DNA of 50,011 nucleotides from an uncultured Acetobacteraceae bacterium. GTDB taxonomy: Bacteria > Cyanobacteriota > Cyanobacteriia > Cyanobacteriales > Nostocaceae. Every line of letters begins with the position of its first letter. Position 1 is the stretch's first letter. The DNA is taken from NCBI GenBank assembly GCA_964658545.1, contig CAZZZY010000001.1:1-50011 (forward strand). Direction: 5' to 3'. The position numbers and the translations under genes were made by a program. Of the stretch, positions 38,799 to 48,933 are shown piece after piece. A model generated the notes under the pieces. The model was not told the DNA's origin. It saw only the letters and a program-made list of their open reading frames with translations, and did no database searches.

Positions 38799-39380
38799 CT
38801 ATAATTGTCGCCGCAATAGTCCGTATTCAAAATAAACTAAATCGTCGTTTTCTTCATCTGGTCCGTAGTTTGTCATCATTTGGTCGTCGTAAAATCTTAC
38901 GCTTCCAGGCAACGAATGCAATCCTACCCTCCCACCATATCCTAGCTCGACGCTTCGGATGCGGGCATATCGTAATAAATTACTTCCAACTCCACGATAT
39001 CTTGGTAAACGCTGGATTTCTTTTCGATTCCACGGTGCAGTCGTCAAGTATTCAATATATACTAGCCTCCGTCCCAAGGCTTCAATTGAACCGTGACGTT
39101 GCGTTTCTATCTTCATCAATCCCTGCGTACAACCTTCTGCCTCTAAAGCATAACCTTCGTATTCTTCGTTCCTATCAATAAAATCGCGCTTGAAAGCCCA
39201 GTCCCAGAATTTATCGTCGGCTTCAACCATACGCAATTGCTCAAGCCATAAATTGGCAAAATCATCTACATGATTCGGCGCTAAATCAACAATCAAGCCT
39301 TCAATTAATAGATTATCAGCACGCCTGATTAATTCAACTTTTAGCTGCACCTTTTCTACCTGAAACTTCCTAATTATCAT
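38799..39380 (-). CDS. GNAT family N-acetyltransferase
   Basis: YIEYLTTAPWNR..RYRGVGSNLL..LHSLPGSVRFY. Confidence 0.82.
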   Translation of the reverse strand: MIIRKFQVEKVQLKVELIRRADNLLIEGLIVDLAPNHVDDFANLWLEQLRMVEADDKFWDWAFKRDFIDRNEEYEGYALEAEGCTQGLMKIETQRHGSIEALGRRLVYIEYLTTAPWNRKEIQRLPRYRGVGSNLLRYARIRSVELGYGGRVGLHSLPGSVRFYDDQMMTNYGPDEENDDLVYFEYGLLRRQL

Positions 39381-39884
39381 TAGATAATAGCTATTATTGG
39401 TTCACTAATTGCGCTCAATTCGTCATCTAAAGTACCAATTAGTAATTATTACCTGCGGGAGGCGGCGCGAACAAGATAGTGCTTGGCGAATTTGTCATGT
39501 ATAAAGCGCGTAATTCAATTTTAACATTGGGCAGATTCTCTGAAGAATTTAAGAAAATTAATATATCTTGACTGACAAGTAAATAACTAATTTATCAATA
39601 CCCCCTACACCCCACACCCAGCCGGATTCAGATAACTTTGTGATCTACTGAATTTAAATTAGCTTGATAGTGGAGATATAGGTCAAAGATTTGTTGTTGG
39701 ATTATCTACTACTTAGAAGTTGGATTGGTGTTGGGTAAGAGAGTGAATTGTTGGATTTGTGTTGGATGCTGTAATTTCGATATGTCAATACTTTTGGGTA
39801 TGTAGGTTGGTTTTGGATGTGTTGGGGAAGAGTGCATATATTCCCCAAAAAGTGCAATTTATCCAACCCAACCAACAGTCCAAC

Positions 39885-41900
39885 CTAATCGACTAATCTG
39901 TAACTATCTTCACCTGTACAAATGACTTTCTCTTTTTGTACAAGTAGGTTGAGTTCGTCGCGGATTTGTGCTTCCGATACGCCCTTGAATTTACTACCTG
40001 CATTCTGTTTAATTTGACGTGGAGTCTTTGCACCTTTTCCCTTGAGATAATCAACTAGTTTGGTTTGAATCTCGGTTAGTTTGATGTCTGGGCTGGCTTG
40101 ATTGTCATCGCTAGCATTTTCATCAACCCGATGATTGGTTGTTTGATTAAGCGGACTATTTATACTAGTCGTGGGGACATCAATATCGAATTCCAGCCTG
40201 AGTAGATTATCAAGATATTCCGGACTAACTGTATCAAGTTGAATGGCTGGTTTGATTCCTGGTTTATAACTGGTGATATCTGGTAGAATATCTAGCTGCA
40301 TCGGGTCAACTGAGATAAATATTAGCGGTTGTCCTAGTTGCTTGGATTGTGGCTTTAGCTCGTTTAATCTATCTTTCAATTGTTGTCTTAGTGCTGCATC
40401 TTCTACAATCTTGGCATTAGTTATTAGGTTGTACAGCACGCCATAGCTATCGTTAACTGTGCCATCTGGCTCGACGTTATAATTGCCTTGAGCGATGATG
40501 TAGAGGTTTTTTCTAATATTGGAATCCCCTATACCCAAGGCAGCTAAATTAAACGATTGAGTGTCGATAATCAGGCAAACATTTAGTTCTCTACCGACTG
40601 TAATAATGGTGCTGATTTTCTTGAGGTAGGGCTGAAACCATGCTTCATCTTTTACTGTTTCGTAGATTGAATGCCAATCAGCTAGGATTAACCTGACTGG
40701 TTGATTATCAAATTCATGGCGGCGGTGTTCCGGTACTCGACGGCGTTGGTCGTAGCTGTTGTAAACTTGGTCAATGGCAGCCATCGCCAGTTGTGGTTCT
40801 AGGGGGTCAAATAAAAGTACCCGTCCTTTTTTGTCTAGCCCACAAAAACTGTCATTCTTTTGAGCGATCGCCCAGACATCAGCTTGGGGAAACCGTTTAC
40901 TGAACCTGTTGAGCATATAGCTTTCAGTGACGCTCTTGCCAGCACCAGTGCCACCTACAATTAGGGTTGAGCGCTTTGCACCCAAGATGCGATTTAAGGG
41001 TTCTAGGGTAGGGCTTGCATCATTGCTAGAAGTCTGATTTTGGGTTGTTTCAGAAATTTCACCCCCTGTATTTTCACTTTCTAAGCGTGCTTCTTTATCC
41101 CCCGAACCTTCTACTTTGTCGCTGGGGTCAACGGTTCCTTGTAAAGTTTGGCTTCCTTGCAGGTATGGGGTTTTCTGAGACTTGAGAAAGTTGATGTACT
41201 CCTGCTTCTGTTGCTCACTCATCCCAGCAGTTTCTGCTTCAAACACCGCGTCGTTGGCTGACATCTGGGTGATTTTGATTTCGGTTTCGCCCAAGATTTC
41301 GGCTTTTTGGATGTCTACCGTGTGGTCGTTGGCTATCAGTTCTAGGTCAGCCTGCAATTCCACCTGCTTGACTGCGACAGAGCGATAATCATCTAGTAAT
41401 TCTGACTGTGCCTTGAGTTCAGCCCGTGCGTAGTCCTGTTTCTCTGCTACAGTCTGGAAATTGGCTAGCTGGCGTTCTGTGTCCTGCAAGTGCCTGAGCA
41501 TCCACCCCGCAGTGGCAAACCCAACGAATGCACCCATCGCCCACAGGGGTTTGTAGGGGTTAGTAGCTTTGACCAAACCCTTGGGTAAAATACCCTCATT
41601 GGGTACAACAACCGTAGGCGCTCCGTCTTTCTGCCACTGCTGCCAGTGCCATAAGGTCATGCGGTAGGGTCGGTTGTGATTATCGGCACACCGTAGTCCT
41701 TGTTGGGGAGTGCGGATGCAGAAGTAAATGCGATCGCTCGCTTCCAGAGTCCACGAAGCAGCTGTACAGGTTACGCCGATGGTGAGAGAAACCCCAATGG
41801 CTGCAATCTTCTTATCAAAAGGCAGTTGTCCGAACCACTGCATGAAGCGGGACTGCTGCTGACGAGCTAATTGCTCGTGTTGGGGGGTTAAGTAGCTCAT
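39885..41900 (-). CDS. Membrane-anchored P-loop ATPase (FtsK/HerA/TraB-like) with C-terminal winged-helix-like domain
   Basis: Two N-terminal hydrophobic segments, coiled coil, GGTGAGKS, LILADW, VGRELNVCLIIDTQ; C-terminal LVDYLKGKG..SYRLV. Confidence 0.7.
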   Translation of the reverse strand: MSYLTPQHEQLARQQQSRFMQWFGQLPFDKKIAAIGVSLTIGVTCTAASWTLEASDRIYFCIRTPQQGLRCADNHNRPYRMTLWHWQQWQKDGAPTVVVPNEGILPKGLVKATNPYKPLWAMGAFVGFATAGWMLRHLQDTERQLANFQTVAEKQDYARAELKAQSELLDDYRSVAVKQVELQADLELIANDHTVDIQKAEILGETEIKITQMSANDAVFEAETAGMSEQQKQEYINFLKSQKTPYLQGSQTLQGTVDPSDKVEGSGDKEARLESENTGGEISETTQNQTSSNDASPTLEPLNRILGAKRSTLIVGGTGAGKSVTESYMLNRFSKRFPQADVWAIAQKNDSFCGLDKKGRVLLFDPLEPQLAMAAIDQVYNSYDQRRRVPEHRRHEFDNQPVRLILADWHSIYETVKDEAWFQPYLKKISTIITVGRELNVCLIIDTQSFNLAALGIGDSNIRKNLYIIAQGNYNVEPDGTVNDSYGVLYNLITNAKIVEDAALRQQLKDRLNELKPQSKQLGQPLIFISVDPMQLDILPDITSYKPGIKPAIQLDTVSPEYLDNLLRLEFDIDVPTTSINSPLNQTTNHRVDENASDDNQASPDIKLTEIQTKLVDYLKGKGAKTPRQIKQNAGSKFKGVSEAQIRDELNLLVQKEKVICTGEDSYRLVD

Positions 41901-42397
41901 CTTCTCCCCCTACTACCACTGGTAATGTAAACAACCAAAACAGCGATAACTACTGCAATCTCTACTCCCGTTGTCCAATTTGATTTGTTGGGAGATGGTG
42001 CATACATCTGTTGGATTTCGCTCTGTGCCACAGATTTAGATGTACTTGCTTCCCACCATTCGCCCACAGGTTCTGAGAGGGAACACAGGAGGGCAAGGGA
42101 GGCACTACAGCCCGTCATTATATTGGTTACTTGTCTCCCCTTCTCCCCTACTGCCGTTGCGGTGAAGTACAAATGTGCTACACCCAACGCCAGAAGCAGA
42201 CCAACAGGGTGGACTTGGAGCAAGTGGAAGGTAAAAATCACGGCGGAGTTGAGGGATGCTCCAGCCACAATCTCGCATAGATTGCCTGCCCGTCGAAATG
42301 TCCGTTCCCGGTTGTTCTCTGGTACGGGCGGAGGCTGTGTGTTGGATTGTTGGGATTTTACCTGTTGTGGTTGTGCCAGCCCCATATACTCATGCAT
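41897..42397 (-). CDS. Hypothetical membrane protein
   Basis: Several hydrophobic segments; overlaps the ATPase start. Confidence 0.7.
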   Translation of the reverse strand: MHEYMGLAQPQQVKSQQSNTQPPPVPENNRERTFRRAGNLCEIVAGASLNSAVIFTFHLLQVHPVGLLLALGVAHLYFTATAVGEKGRQVTNIMTGCSASLALLCSLSEPVGEWWEASTSKSVAQSEIQQMYAPSPNKSNWTTGVEIAVVIAVLVVYITSGSRGRR

Positions 42398-42455
42398 GGC
42401 TGGTGTTAGTCGGTTTATCTTCAGGCTGACGTGCCAACACGACTCTATCCTCCCC

Positions 42456-43175
42456 TTAGCGCTTACCTAAGCCATCCCAGAAATTAGTCCACCAATTTCC
42501 AAAGCCGCGAACTGTGCCACTGGCTGATACGGAACTAGCTGGAGCGCCGCTGGAAGCAACTGATACTGGTATTGTTTCCGGTTGCTCTTGGTGGGGGTTC
42601 AACGCCCTGGAGCCGTATCGGGCACGGGCAAGTAATTCCTGCCTTCTCGCCCTTAGTCCCTCCTGGATGGTTTGACGTTGTTCGCTTACTTGGTGGCGAC
42701 TTTCGATGGAAGATATCTTGTTTTCGTGTCGCCACAATTCAGCCTGCAAGTCTTGGTGTAGCTGTGCTGCTATCTCGGTTAGTGCATTCTTCCGCTTTTG
42801 CTCAATCCGCAGCAAGTCAGCCCTATCTTGGGCATCAACCTTCTGCATTTCGGCATCAAATTCGGCATTGAGTTTCCTGATTTTGGCGATCGCGTTCGCA
42901 ACCTTCGAGCCGAACTGTTTCCTTAGTTCCGTCCATGTCACCTGACCATCTGCCAGCTTCTGCATCGCCTCCAAATACTTTGAGGCGTTTTCCAGAAAGG
43001 GGTCGAGGTACTGCGCGAGTTGGTCGGCATTTTGCGCCATGTCAGCAAACTGCTCTAGCTTGCTGACATCGGAGAGATAAGCCAGAATATCAGCGTCTAC
43101 ACCACCCCAGGCGAGGGATTTTTCGTCGATGTGGGAGCTGTGCCCCATTGCTGGGTTCTTGATTCCAAAATCCAT
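42456..43175 (-). CDS. Hypothetical coiled-coil protein
   Basis: AGGAGG RBS; helical heptads; amphipathic C-terminus. Confidence 0.75.
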   Translation of the reverse strand: MDFGIKNPAMGHSSHIDEKSLAWGGVDADILAYLSDVSKLEQFADMAQNADQLAQYLDPFLENASKYLEAMQKLADGQVTWTELRKQFGSKVANAIAKIRKLNAEFDAEMQKVDAQDRADLLRIEQKRKNALTEIAAQLHQDLQAELWRHENKISSIESRHQVSEQRQTIQEGLRARRQELLARARYGSRALNPHQEQPETIPVSVASSGAPASSVSASGTVRGFGNWWTNFWDGLGKR

Positions 43176-43229
43176 AAGTCCTCCTAGAAATTGCCCCAGG
43201 TCAACACCTGGGACGTTGCTTAATGACTA

Positions 43230-43598
43230 TTAATGTCTAGTCAAAATCTTTCTGGTATTGCCCCAACGGATTTGGGCAGTCAGCGCTTCGATTAGCCCTT
43301 CTACCTCGTCTTCAGCAATGCCCTCAAGAATGGCGATCGCTTCACGGATATTGCTCTGACATTTTTCTGAGTACCCCTGCAATGTTTCATGAGCAGCGTG
43401 TTCCAGGGTGTACTTTCCTAATTCAGCAACTTCGATGTGAAACAGGTAGTAAGTCAGTGTAGCTCTCAAGGCAAGTTTCTCAGTATGGTCTAAGGAGTCT
43501 AATTGTGACCCGAAGCGTTCAACAAGGCGGTCAATTTGGTCAGTCTGGGTGAAATAAGTTACTGGTTTTGTCATGATGGTTAATGTCCTAAATCTCAT
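43230..43598 (-). CDS. Hypothetical protein
   Basis: ORF within the minus-strand operon. Confidence 0.7.
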   Translation of the reverse strand: MRFRTLTIMTKPVTYFTQTDQIDRLVERFGSQLDSLDHTEKLALRATLTYYLFHIEVAELGKYTLEHAAHETLQGYSEKCQSNIREAIAILEGIAEDEVEGLIEALTAQIRWGNTRKILTRH

Positions 43599-43607
43599 TA
43601 CTGGGAT

Positions 43608-43898
43608 TTATGAAGGCAGGAGGAGTGACACCTGAGATTCGCAGTCGGTGGTGTCACTCTCCTTTAAATGCTTTGGCTGCACATTCCATGCACTGGCTGA
43701 CAAAATCTTTGCGTCGCCTCTGGGTACATCTACATGTAGGTAATTCAATAACTGGCTGACTGCCATCTTTGCATCCCCCAAGGTTACATCCACGGAAGGG
43801 ATATAGTCATCGACAATGACTTTAAACTCTGCACTGGCGATGATTTCGCCCAACCACTGCTCGATTTGGTTGAGTTTAGCGATTTGGTCTATTGTCAT
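43608..43898 (-). CDS. Hypothetical protein
   Basis: ATGA overlap with the upstream gene. Confidence 0.65.
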   Translation of the reverse strand: MTIDQIAKLNQIEQWLGEIIASAEFKVIVDDYIPSVDVTLGDAKMAVSQLLNYLHVDVPRGDAKILSASAWNVQPKHLKESDTTDCESQVSLLLPS

Positions 43899-44239
43899 GC
43901 TGCCTCCGACTCGTATAAATCACCCAAGTCTGCGTCAAATTCAAAGTTGTCTGGTTCTGGAACAGATGCTTTAAGTGTTGGAGCATCCGTCACCTGTTGG
44001 TTCAATCCAACAACTCTACTACCAGGAACCCAACTCATCAGCCAACTAAACAATTTGGCGAATGGTATCTGTTTCGCCATCGACTGCGCCAACTTGTGTT
44101 CGTAAATAATGGCGTTTGTCAGTGTGGTTAACTCAGCACTGGTAACTAAAGAAGCTGGTTTGTCTAACACCCTAATAGCATGAGATTTCAGATACTCTTC
44201 AATATGTGGTTCTAGGCGCACTCTTTTGTTCTCTGCCAT
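43895..44239 (-). CDS. Hypothetical protein, possible ParR-like partner
   Basis: Starts 3 bp after the second parM-like gene; acidic C-terminus. Confidence 0.65.
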   Translation of the reverse strand: MAENKRVRLEPHIEEYLKSHAIRVLDKPASLVTSAELTTLTNAIIYEHKLAQSMAKQIPFAKLFSWLMSWVPGSRVVGLNQQVTDAPTLKASVPEPDNFEFDADLGDLYESEAA

Positions 44240-44242
44240 TGG

Positions 44243-45319
44243 TTATTTCCCCCGCTGCATTCTGCCAAATGCCATGCGTTGCAATCCAATTGCATTTGCC
44301 CAACATCCCTCTGGTACTGGGGTAATACCCTCTCGTTGCAGCATGGAGGCTATTCCTGGCATCTCGACACCACCGCCCCAGCCGACAAAGCTTTGAGCGG
44401 CATCTCTCCATTCCTCAACTTCCTTAAAGGCTAGGCGCAGGCGGTCTGCTAACCAAGGTTTGAGATGACGGGCATAAATATGGCGAAAGTTAAAGTTACG
44501 AGTGCCATACTGGAATAGATGCGATTCAATACCCTGGCGAATAATTTCAATGCTGCCAGCTTTGCCCGTTCCCAAGAATTGAACCAATTCTGGATCTGCG
44601 GCTATTGCATCCAACAAGTCGATACACCCTCCTACCTCTAAAACTTGGCGATGGATAATGCTGCCGCCTGGGGCAAAAACAGTCGGGATAACCGTGGATG
44701 TACCAAAATCTACTGCGATGGCATGGGCGCTGCGGTCAATTAATGGTTCAGGTTTAGCGGAAACACAGTAGGAGTAGGAGCCAGCACCTTCGGGGACAAC
44801 CAAACTCACGTTCAAATTGACCTGTGAAATGGGCGTATTTTTGCCGTTGAAACTGACTGTGTGACTGCCACTGGTTTTGTCGGTTAACAAATTTTTGAAA
44901 ATCTTCACATTATGTATAGATAGCACTAAATGCAGGTTCCACTCTTGACGGTAGGGCAGGGTAGCCAACGCCCCAAGTAATGTGTGCAAGCCGTATTCAG
45001 CTTTTAGTGCCGGGTCGTCACTGAGTTTGATGTGGGTTGTAGGGGCTTTCCAACTGGCAAGTGTACCAGTGAGGAATTCCCGCCCAACTAAATCCAACCT
45101 GTCGCCTGAATGGTAGAAGAAGTGTCCACCTTCATTCGAGGTCAGGATATCGTGCAATTCTTCCTTTATTTCCAAGACTTTTGAGGGAGTACGGACTCTT
45201 GTTTGGGTAGTGCCATTGCCTAAGCAAAGCTTTTTTAGCCCTGCCCCAGAATCGTCTCCTACAGCTATTGCTGGGGTAGTTTGGGGTGTTTCAGCCTCTT
45301 TTAGCTGAGTAGCAATCAT
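44243..45319 (-). CDS. parM: Second ParM/StbA family actin-like ATPase
   Basis: GDDSGAGLKK, VVPEGAG, AVDFGTST, WGGGV and ANAIGL motifs. Confidence 0.82.
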   Translation of the reverse strand: MIATQLKEAETPQTTPAIAVGDDSGAGLKKLCLGNGTTQTRVRTPSKVLEIKEELHDILTSNEGGHFFYHSGDRLDLVGREFLTGTLASWKAPTTHIKLSDDPALKAEYGLHTLLGALATLPYRQEWNLHLVLSIHNVKIFKNLLTDKTSGSHTVSFNGKNTPISQVNLNVSLVVPEGAGSYSYCVSAKPEPLIDRSAHAIAVDFGTSTVIPTVFAPGGSIIHRQVLEVGGCIDLLDAIAADPELVQFLGTGKAGSIEIIRQGIESHLFQYGTRNFNFRHIYARHLKPWLADRLRLAFKEVEEWRDAAQSFVGWGGGVEMPGIASMLQREGITPVPEGCWANAIGLQRMAFGRMQRGK

Positions 45320-45584
45320 TATTGAGTTCCTCCAGATATTAGAGTTTCAGGCGCTCAATCCTTTGTCAGAGTTGATTGAGGCGATTTTTTTGACAATAAA
45401 ACTCTGCCACCCAAATTCAACGGCAAATAGGCTTGCAGTCAGGTTTTTGGGCGTTTTTAGTCTATGAATGTTAGGATAACATCAAGTACATCATCTATCA
45501 ACTAGTACATCAAGTGATGTTTTAATTAGGGTAAGTAGCAGGACAGCGCATAATGTCTACTGAGTAGATGATTTATGCCTTTGA

Positions 45585-45755
45585 ATGCCTACAAAGAAGC
45601 CCAGAACTACCGTTACTTTTGACCCTGATGACTATGAGGAGTTGCAGCAGTGGGCTGAATCTGAGTTTAGGTCTGTGCCACAGCTAATTCTTGCAATAGT
45701 CAAAAGGGCATTGATTGAACGCAGAGAACGCAGACAAAGAGAGGAGAAAAAGTGA
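45585..45755 (+). CDS. Ribbon-helix-helix DNA-binding protein (56 aa; not in the ORF track)
   Basis: MPTKKPRTTVTFDPDDYEELQQWAESEFRSVPQLILAIVKRAL; ACATCA repeats upstream at 45478-45520. Confidence 0.75.
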   Translation: MPTKKPRTTVTFDPDDYEELQQWAESEFRSVPQLILAIVKRALIERRERRQREEKK

Positions 45756-46225
45756 ATGTAGCAAAAATCAACCCTTTAGAACTCCCATCGCTACCATTAG
45801 GGGAGCGATCTCATTTGCCTATCTGCCCAGCGATTTACTTTGTGATGCAGGACGAGCGCGTTCTGTACATTGGTAAAACCCTTAACCTTGCCCAACGGTG
45901 GGCAACACACCACAAGTGGAGCTACCTAGTACAGCTAGGCGCTGTTGTCAGGGTTGCTTGGCTTGAGTGCAGTGATGAAAATATACTTACTCAGATTGAG
46001 ACGGCACTGATTAGGCAATTTGCACCTGAACTTAATGGAAGGAACTGCAACCCTTACTACGCGGAACTGAGCAGCTATATCGACAAGGATTTGAAGCTGA
46101 GATTTAAGCTGGCTTGCACAGCAAAACAAAAAACTATGAGCGAAGTGATAACTGACCTTATAGAAGAATGGCTAGAAGAAAACGAAAACCCCTCGCCCGT
46201 CAAGAAAGAAAAGGGGGAAGCATGA
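45752..46225 (+). CDS. GIY-YIG domain fused to a ParG-like RHH
   Basis: AIYFV..VLYIGKT..RW..E..LI..PELN, followed by YIDKDLKLRFKLAC..MSEVITDLIEEWL. Confidence 0.8.
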   Translation: MNVAKINPLELPSLPLGERSHLPICPAIYFVMQDERVLYIGKTLNLAQRWATHHKWSYLVQLGAVVRVAWLECSDENILTQIETALIRQFAPELNGRNCNPYYAELSSYIDKDLKLRFKLACTAKQKTMSEVITDLIEEWLEENENPSPVKKEKGEA

Positions 46226-46253
46226 ACACTCATCTGTATCGACCCGCTGACAC

Positions 46254-48203
46254 TTGACACTGCCCGTCACAAAGTTTGTCAGCGATCGCAGATACCCTTC
46301 CGCCCCTGTTGTTTACTTTGTGATGCAGCATGAGCGCGGAACCCGCATTAGTTGGTCAGTCTTAGAGATTATGTTAGACCAAGATAATAAGGATTATTTC
46401 AAACTTAAAATAATCCGTCTGTTAGAAGAGTTTCTCTTAGAAAGAATTACCAAACTAGACCCAGATAGAAGAGGAGAACAAAATATAAATAATGTACCTC
46501 TTGGAGTTGAGACAGTATTTTTAGAAAAGTATTTTAAAATTCCTGATGAATTCTGGAATGTGAAATATGAATGGCTACAACAGGTCCACGAATTAGCTCA
46601 TGATGAGAAAGAATTACAGAAATTTTTAAATTCTGAAATTCACCCATATCTGGATTTATTCAAAGACATAGAAATTGAAAAAAACCTACTTGCATCTAGA
46701 ATAACTCCCTCAAGATGCAAGCCAAGTTATAGTAAAAGTAAGGCAAATCTGAGTAATAAGGTTGGCGATACTGTATTCGTTATCGAAGATTCCCTAACTA
46801 AGCTATGTGCGCTCCGAGTTGCTGCTGAGTTAATACAGAAAATGGAATTGCATAAGCTCAGTTTGTCAACTCTAGAAAATCTATTAGGAGAGGCAGCATT
46901 AGGAGAGCCAGCCACTGAACCCAAACTACCTGAAATTACAGGCTTACCCACTCCAGCACCTCTGAGGGCTGGTGTTGAGTCTCACTATCGTCCCGATAAA
47001 TGGAAAAGAAATGCCAATAACTACGGTGTTTTTGAAGCGGCTTCTAAGACTAACCCCAACAATCGGGTAGAAGTCTTCATAGGCGGGGAAAAGGATGGTG
47101 ATATTTTGGCATGGGAAGCAGCCCTTCAAGTTATCGATTTAATGGGAATTGACGCCGCAAAACTTCAGTTAGTTTTTGCTTCCCATCTTTTTAATCAACA
47201 CAATCCTTTTCAGTCAAATTTCAGTTTAAAAGGTACAGAAATCATTAAGCAAATAGGTTGGGATAAAAAACATCGTTTAACTGTATCTGAAAAACTCGCT
47301 GGAATTGCTAGCATTGCCTTTCATCTGGGACGAATGTTGATGGAATGCACCTGGGTTGAAGGCAAGCCGAAGGGTAATAAAGTTGATGTTAGTGTTAGTG
47401 TTTCTCCACTATGGGTAATCGAGGTAGATGCCAGAGGACAGAAGAATATATTTACAGGAAAGGTGGATGCTCCTTTGGAAGTTTACATCAATGTTAGTCC
47501 TGGTCCTTGGGCTGAGAAATGGCTAAATAGGATGGGAATAAAAGCTGGAATTGCGCTGCATCAATTTGGCTGGCTAGCCACAGAAATCTTAAAAATCGAC
47601 CCCTACCATGAAGAACTGGCACTGAAGCTGGCAATTCACCTCACAATGGTTAGCCGCATCAAAATGTGGGATAAAAACCAGTACGAACACAAAGTTGGCA
47701 GCCTGTTAGAAGCCGTAGAGCTTGAGTCCCGAATTAATGCAGCGCGTCAAGGTTTTCGGGAAGCCTACAACCTGAAGCAACGATGGGATAACTCTCTGAC
47801 TTTATTAATGAGTATGGACTGGCGAGTTATCTTTGACGATTCCACCTACCCAGAATGGTTGAGACCCAATAGCCAAGCGTCCAAACCTTCTGATTGGAGA
47901 AAAGAGAAAATTATTGACCGACTGTGGAAAGCCAAGTTGACGATTAAGCCGCCTGACCCTATCCCAGCGCTGCTAGCAAAAAAGACTGAACCATTACAAC
48001 TGAAGCCAGCAATACCCAAGCCAACACCACTAACTGCTACTCAGGTTCGTACTGCCCGTGAGTCCAAAGGATGGAGCCAAAGACAACTGGCTGGGTGGTT
48101 GGGAATTTCGCAAAAGTTAGTGTCTATGATTGAACGCGGCGAGCGCACTATTACTCCCAAACAGGAAGCTAAATTGAGGAACGTACTGGAAATTCCAGAC
48201 TAG
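46254..48203 (+). CDS. Cyanobacterial plasmid protein with C-terminal XRE HTH (possible replication/maintenance protein)
   Basis: C-terminal VRTARESKGWSQRQLAGWLGISQKLVSMIERGER; true start may be ~46370. Confidence 0.75.
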   Translation: MTLPVTKFVSDRRYPSAPVVYFVMQHERGTRISWSVLEIMLDQDNKDYFKLKIIRLLEEFLLERITKLDPDRRGEQNINNVPLGVETVFLEKYFKIPDEFWNVKYEWLQQVHELAHDEKELQKFLNSEIHPYLDLFKDIEIEKNLLASRITPSRCKPSYSKSKANLSNKVGDTVFVIEDSLTKLCALRVAAELIQKMELHKLSLSTLENLLGEAALGEPATEPKLPEITGLPTPAPLRAGVESHYRPDKWKRNANNYGVFEAASKTNPNNRVEVFIGGEKDGDILAWEAALQVIDLMGIDAAKLQLVFASHLFNQHNPFQSNFSLKGTEIIKQIGWDKKHRLTVSEKLAGIASIAFHLGRMLMECTWVEGKPKGNKVDVSVSVSPLWVIEVDARGQKNIFTGKVDAPLEVYINVSPGPWAEKWLNRMGIKAGIALHQFGWLATEILKIDPYHEELALKLAIHLTMVSRIKMWDKNQYEHKVGSLLEAVELESRINAARQGFREAYNLKQRWDNSLTLLMSMDWRVIFDDSTYPEWLRPNSQASKPSDWRKEKIIDRLWKAKLTIKPPDPIPALLAKKTEPLQLKPAIPKPTPLTATQVRTARESKGWSQRQLAGWLGISQKLVSMIERGERTITPKQEAKLRNVLEIPD

Positions 48204-48256
48204 GCAAGACTTCCGTTGTTTTGCAATACCTATTACCAGTCGCGTGGACATCTGTT

Positions 48257-48660
48257 TTTTGTCCTCAACTTGAGAACAAGTGAGTACAAAATTGTACTCA
48301 CTTGTTAACTCAAAAATTGGTCTCAAATTATTGCTGTATAAGGCTTTTAGCTTGAGTACAAAACGCCCCATCGGGCGACCAAAACCTCTCAATTAGTAGC
48401 GTAGTGCAGTGTGGCAGAAGTACCTATTCCAGTTGAAAACGCTATAAAGCTTATACAGTAAGCTTTATAGCTTTCTACCTCCAGCAAGAACTGCCTTCTT
48501 GCACTAGCTTCTTTTGTCCTCAAGTTGAGTACCAGTGAGCAGAAAATTGTACTCAAAAAAAAAAATCAAAAATTTGACCTCAAACCCTTTGTATATAAGG
48601 TTTTTAGCGTGAGTATAAAAATCCCCCATCGGGCGATAAAAACGCCCCATCGCCGGATAA
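48257..48660. repeat. Repeat-rich candidate replication origin
   Basis: Palindrome with 15-bp arms at 48275-48306; imperfect duplication ~48257-48380 / ~48512-48640; three CCCCATCG copies. Confidence 0.6.
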
Positions 48661-48933
48661 GCTTTTTTTAAAAGCCTTACTGCATATGGTTTTTAGAGGT
48701 TGAGAACAAATGGATAAGTATTGATCAGTTTTGATGGGAGCGCCAAGTGCCTGTTACAAAAGATGCTTTATTCGTGATTATTCCTATACCGGAATAGCCA
48801 CCGTGAAGATTTCTATACAAATTTCAAGCGTATCTAACGCATCCAGTCAGTCGCTCCCTGTTTTACCTTTCTCTCTTTTGTGTCCCATTCCCGGACTATT
48901 GAGGTGTAATAGTGGCAGAAAGGGTGATGCCTC

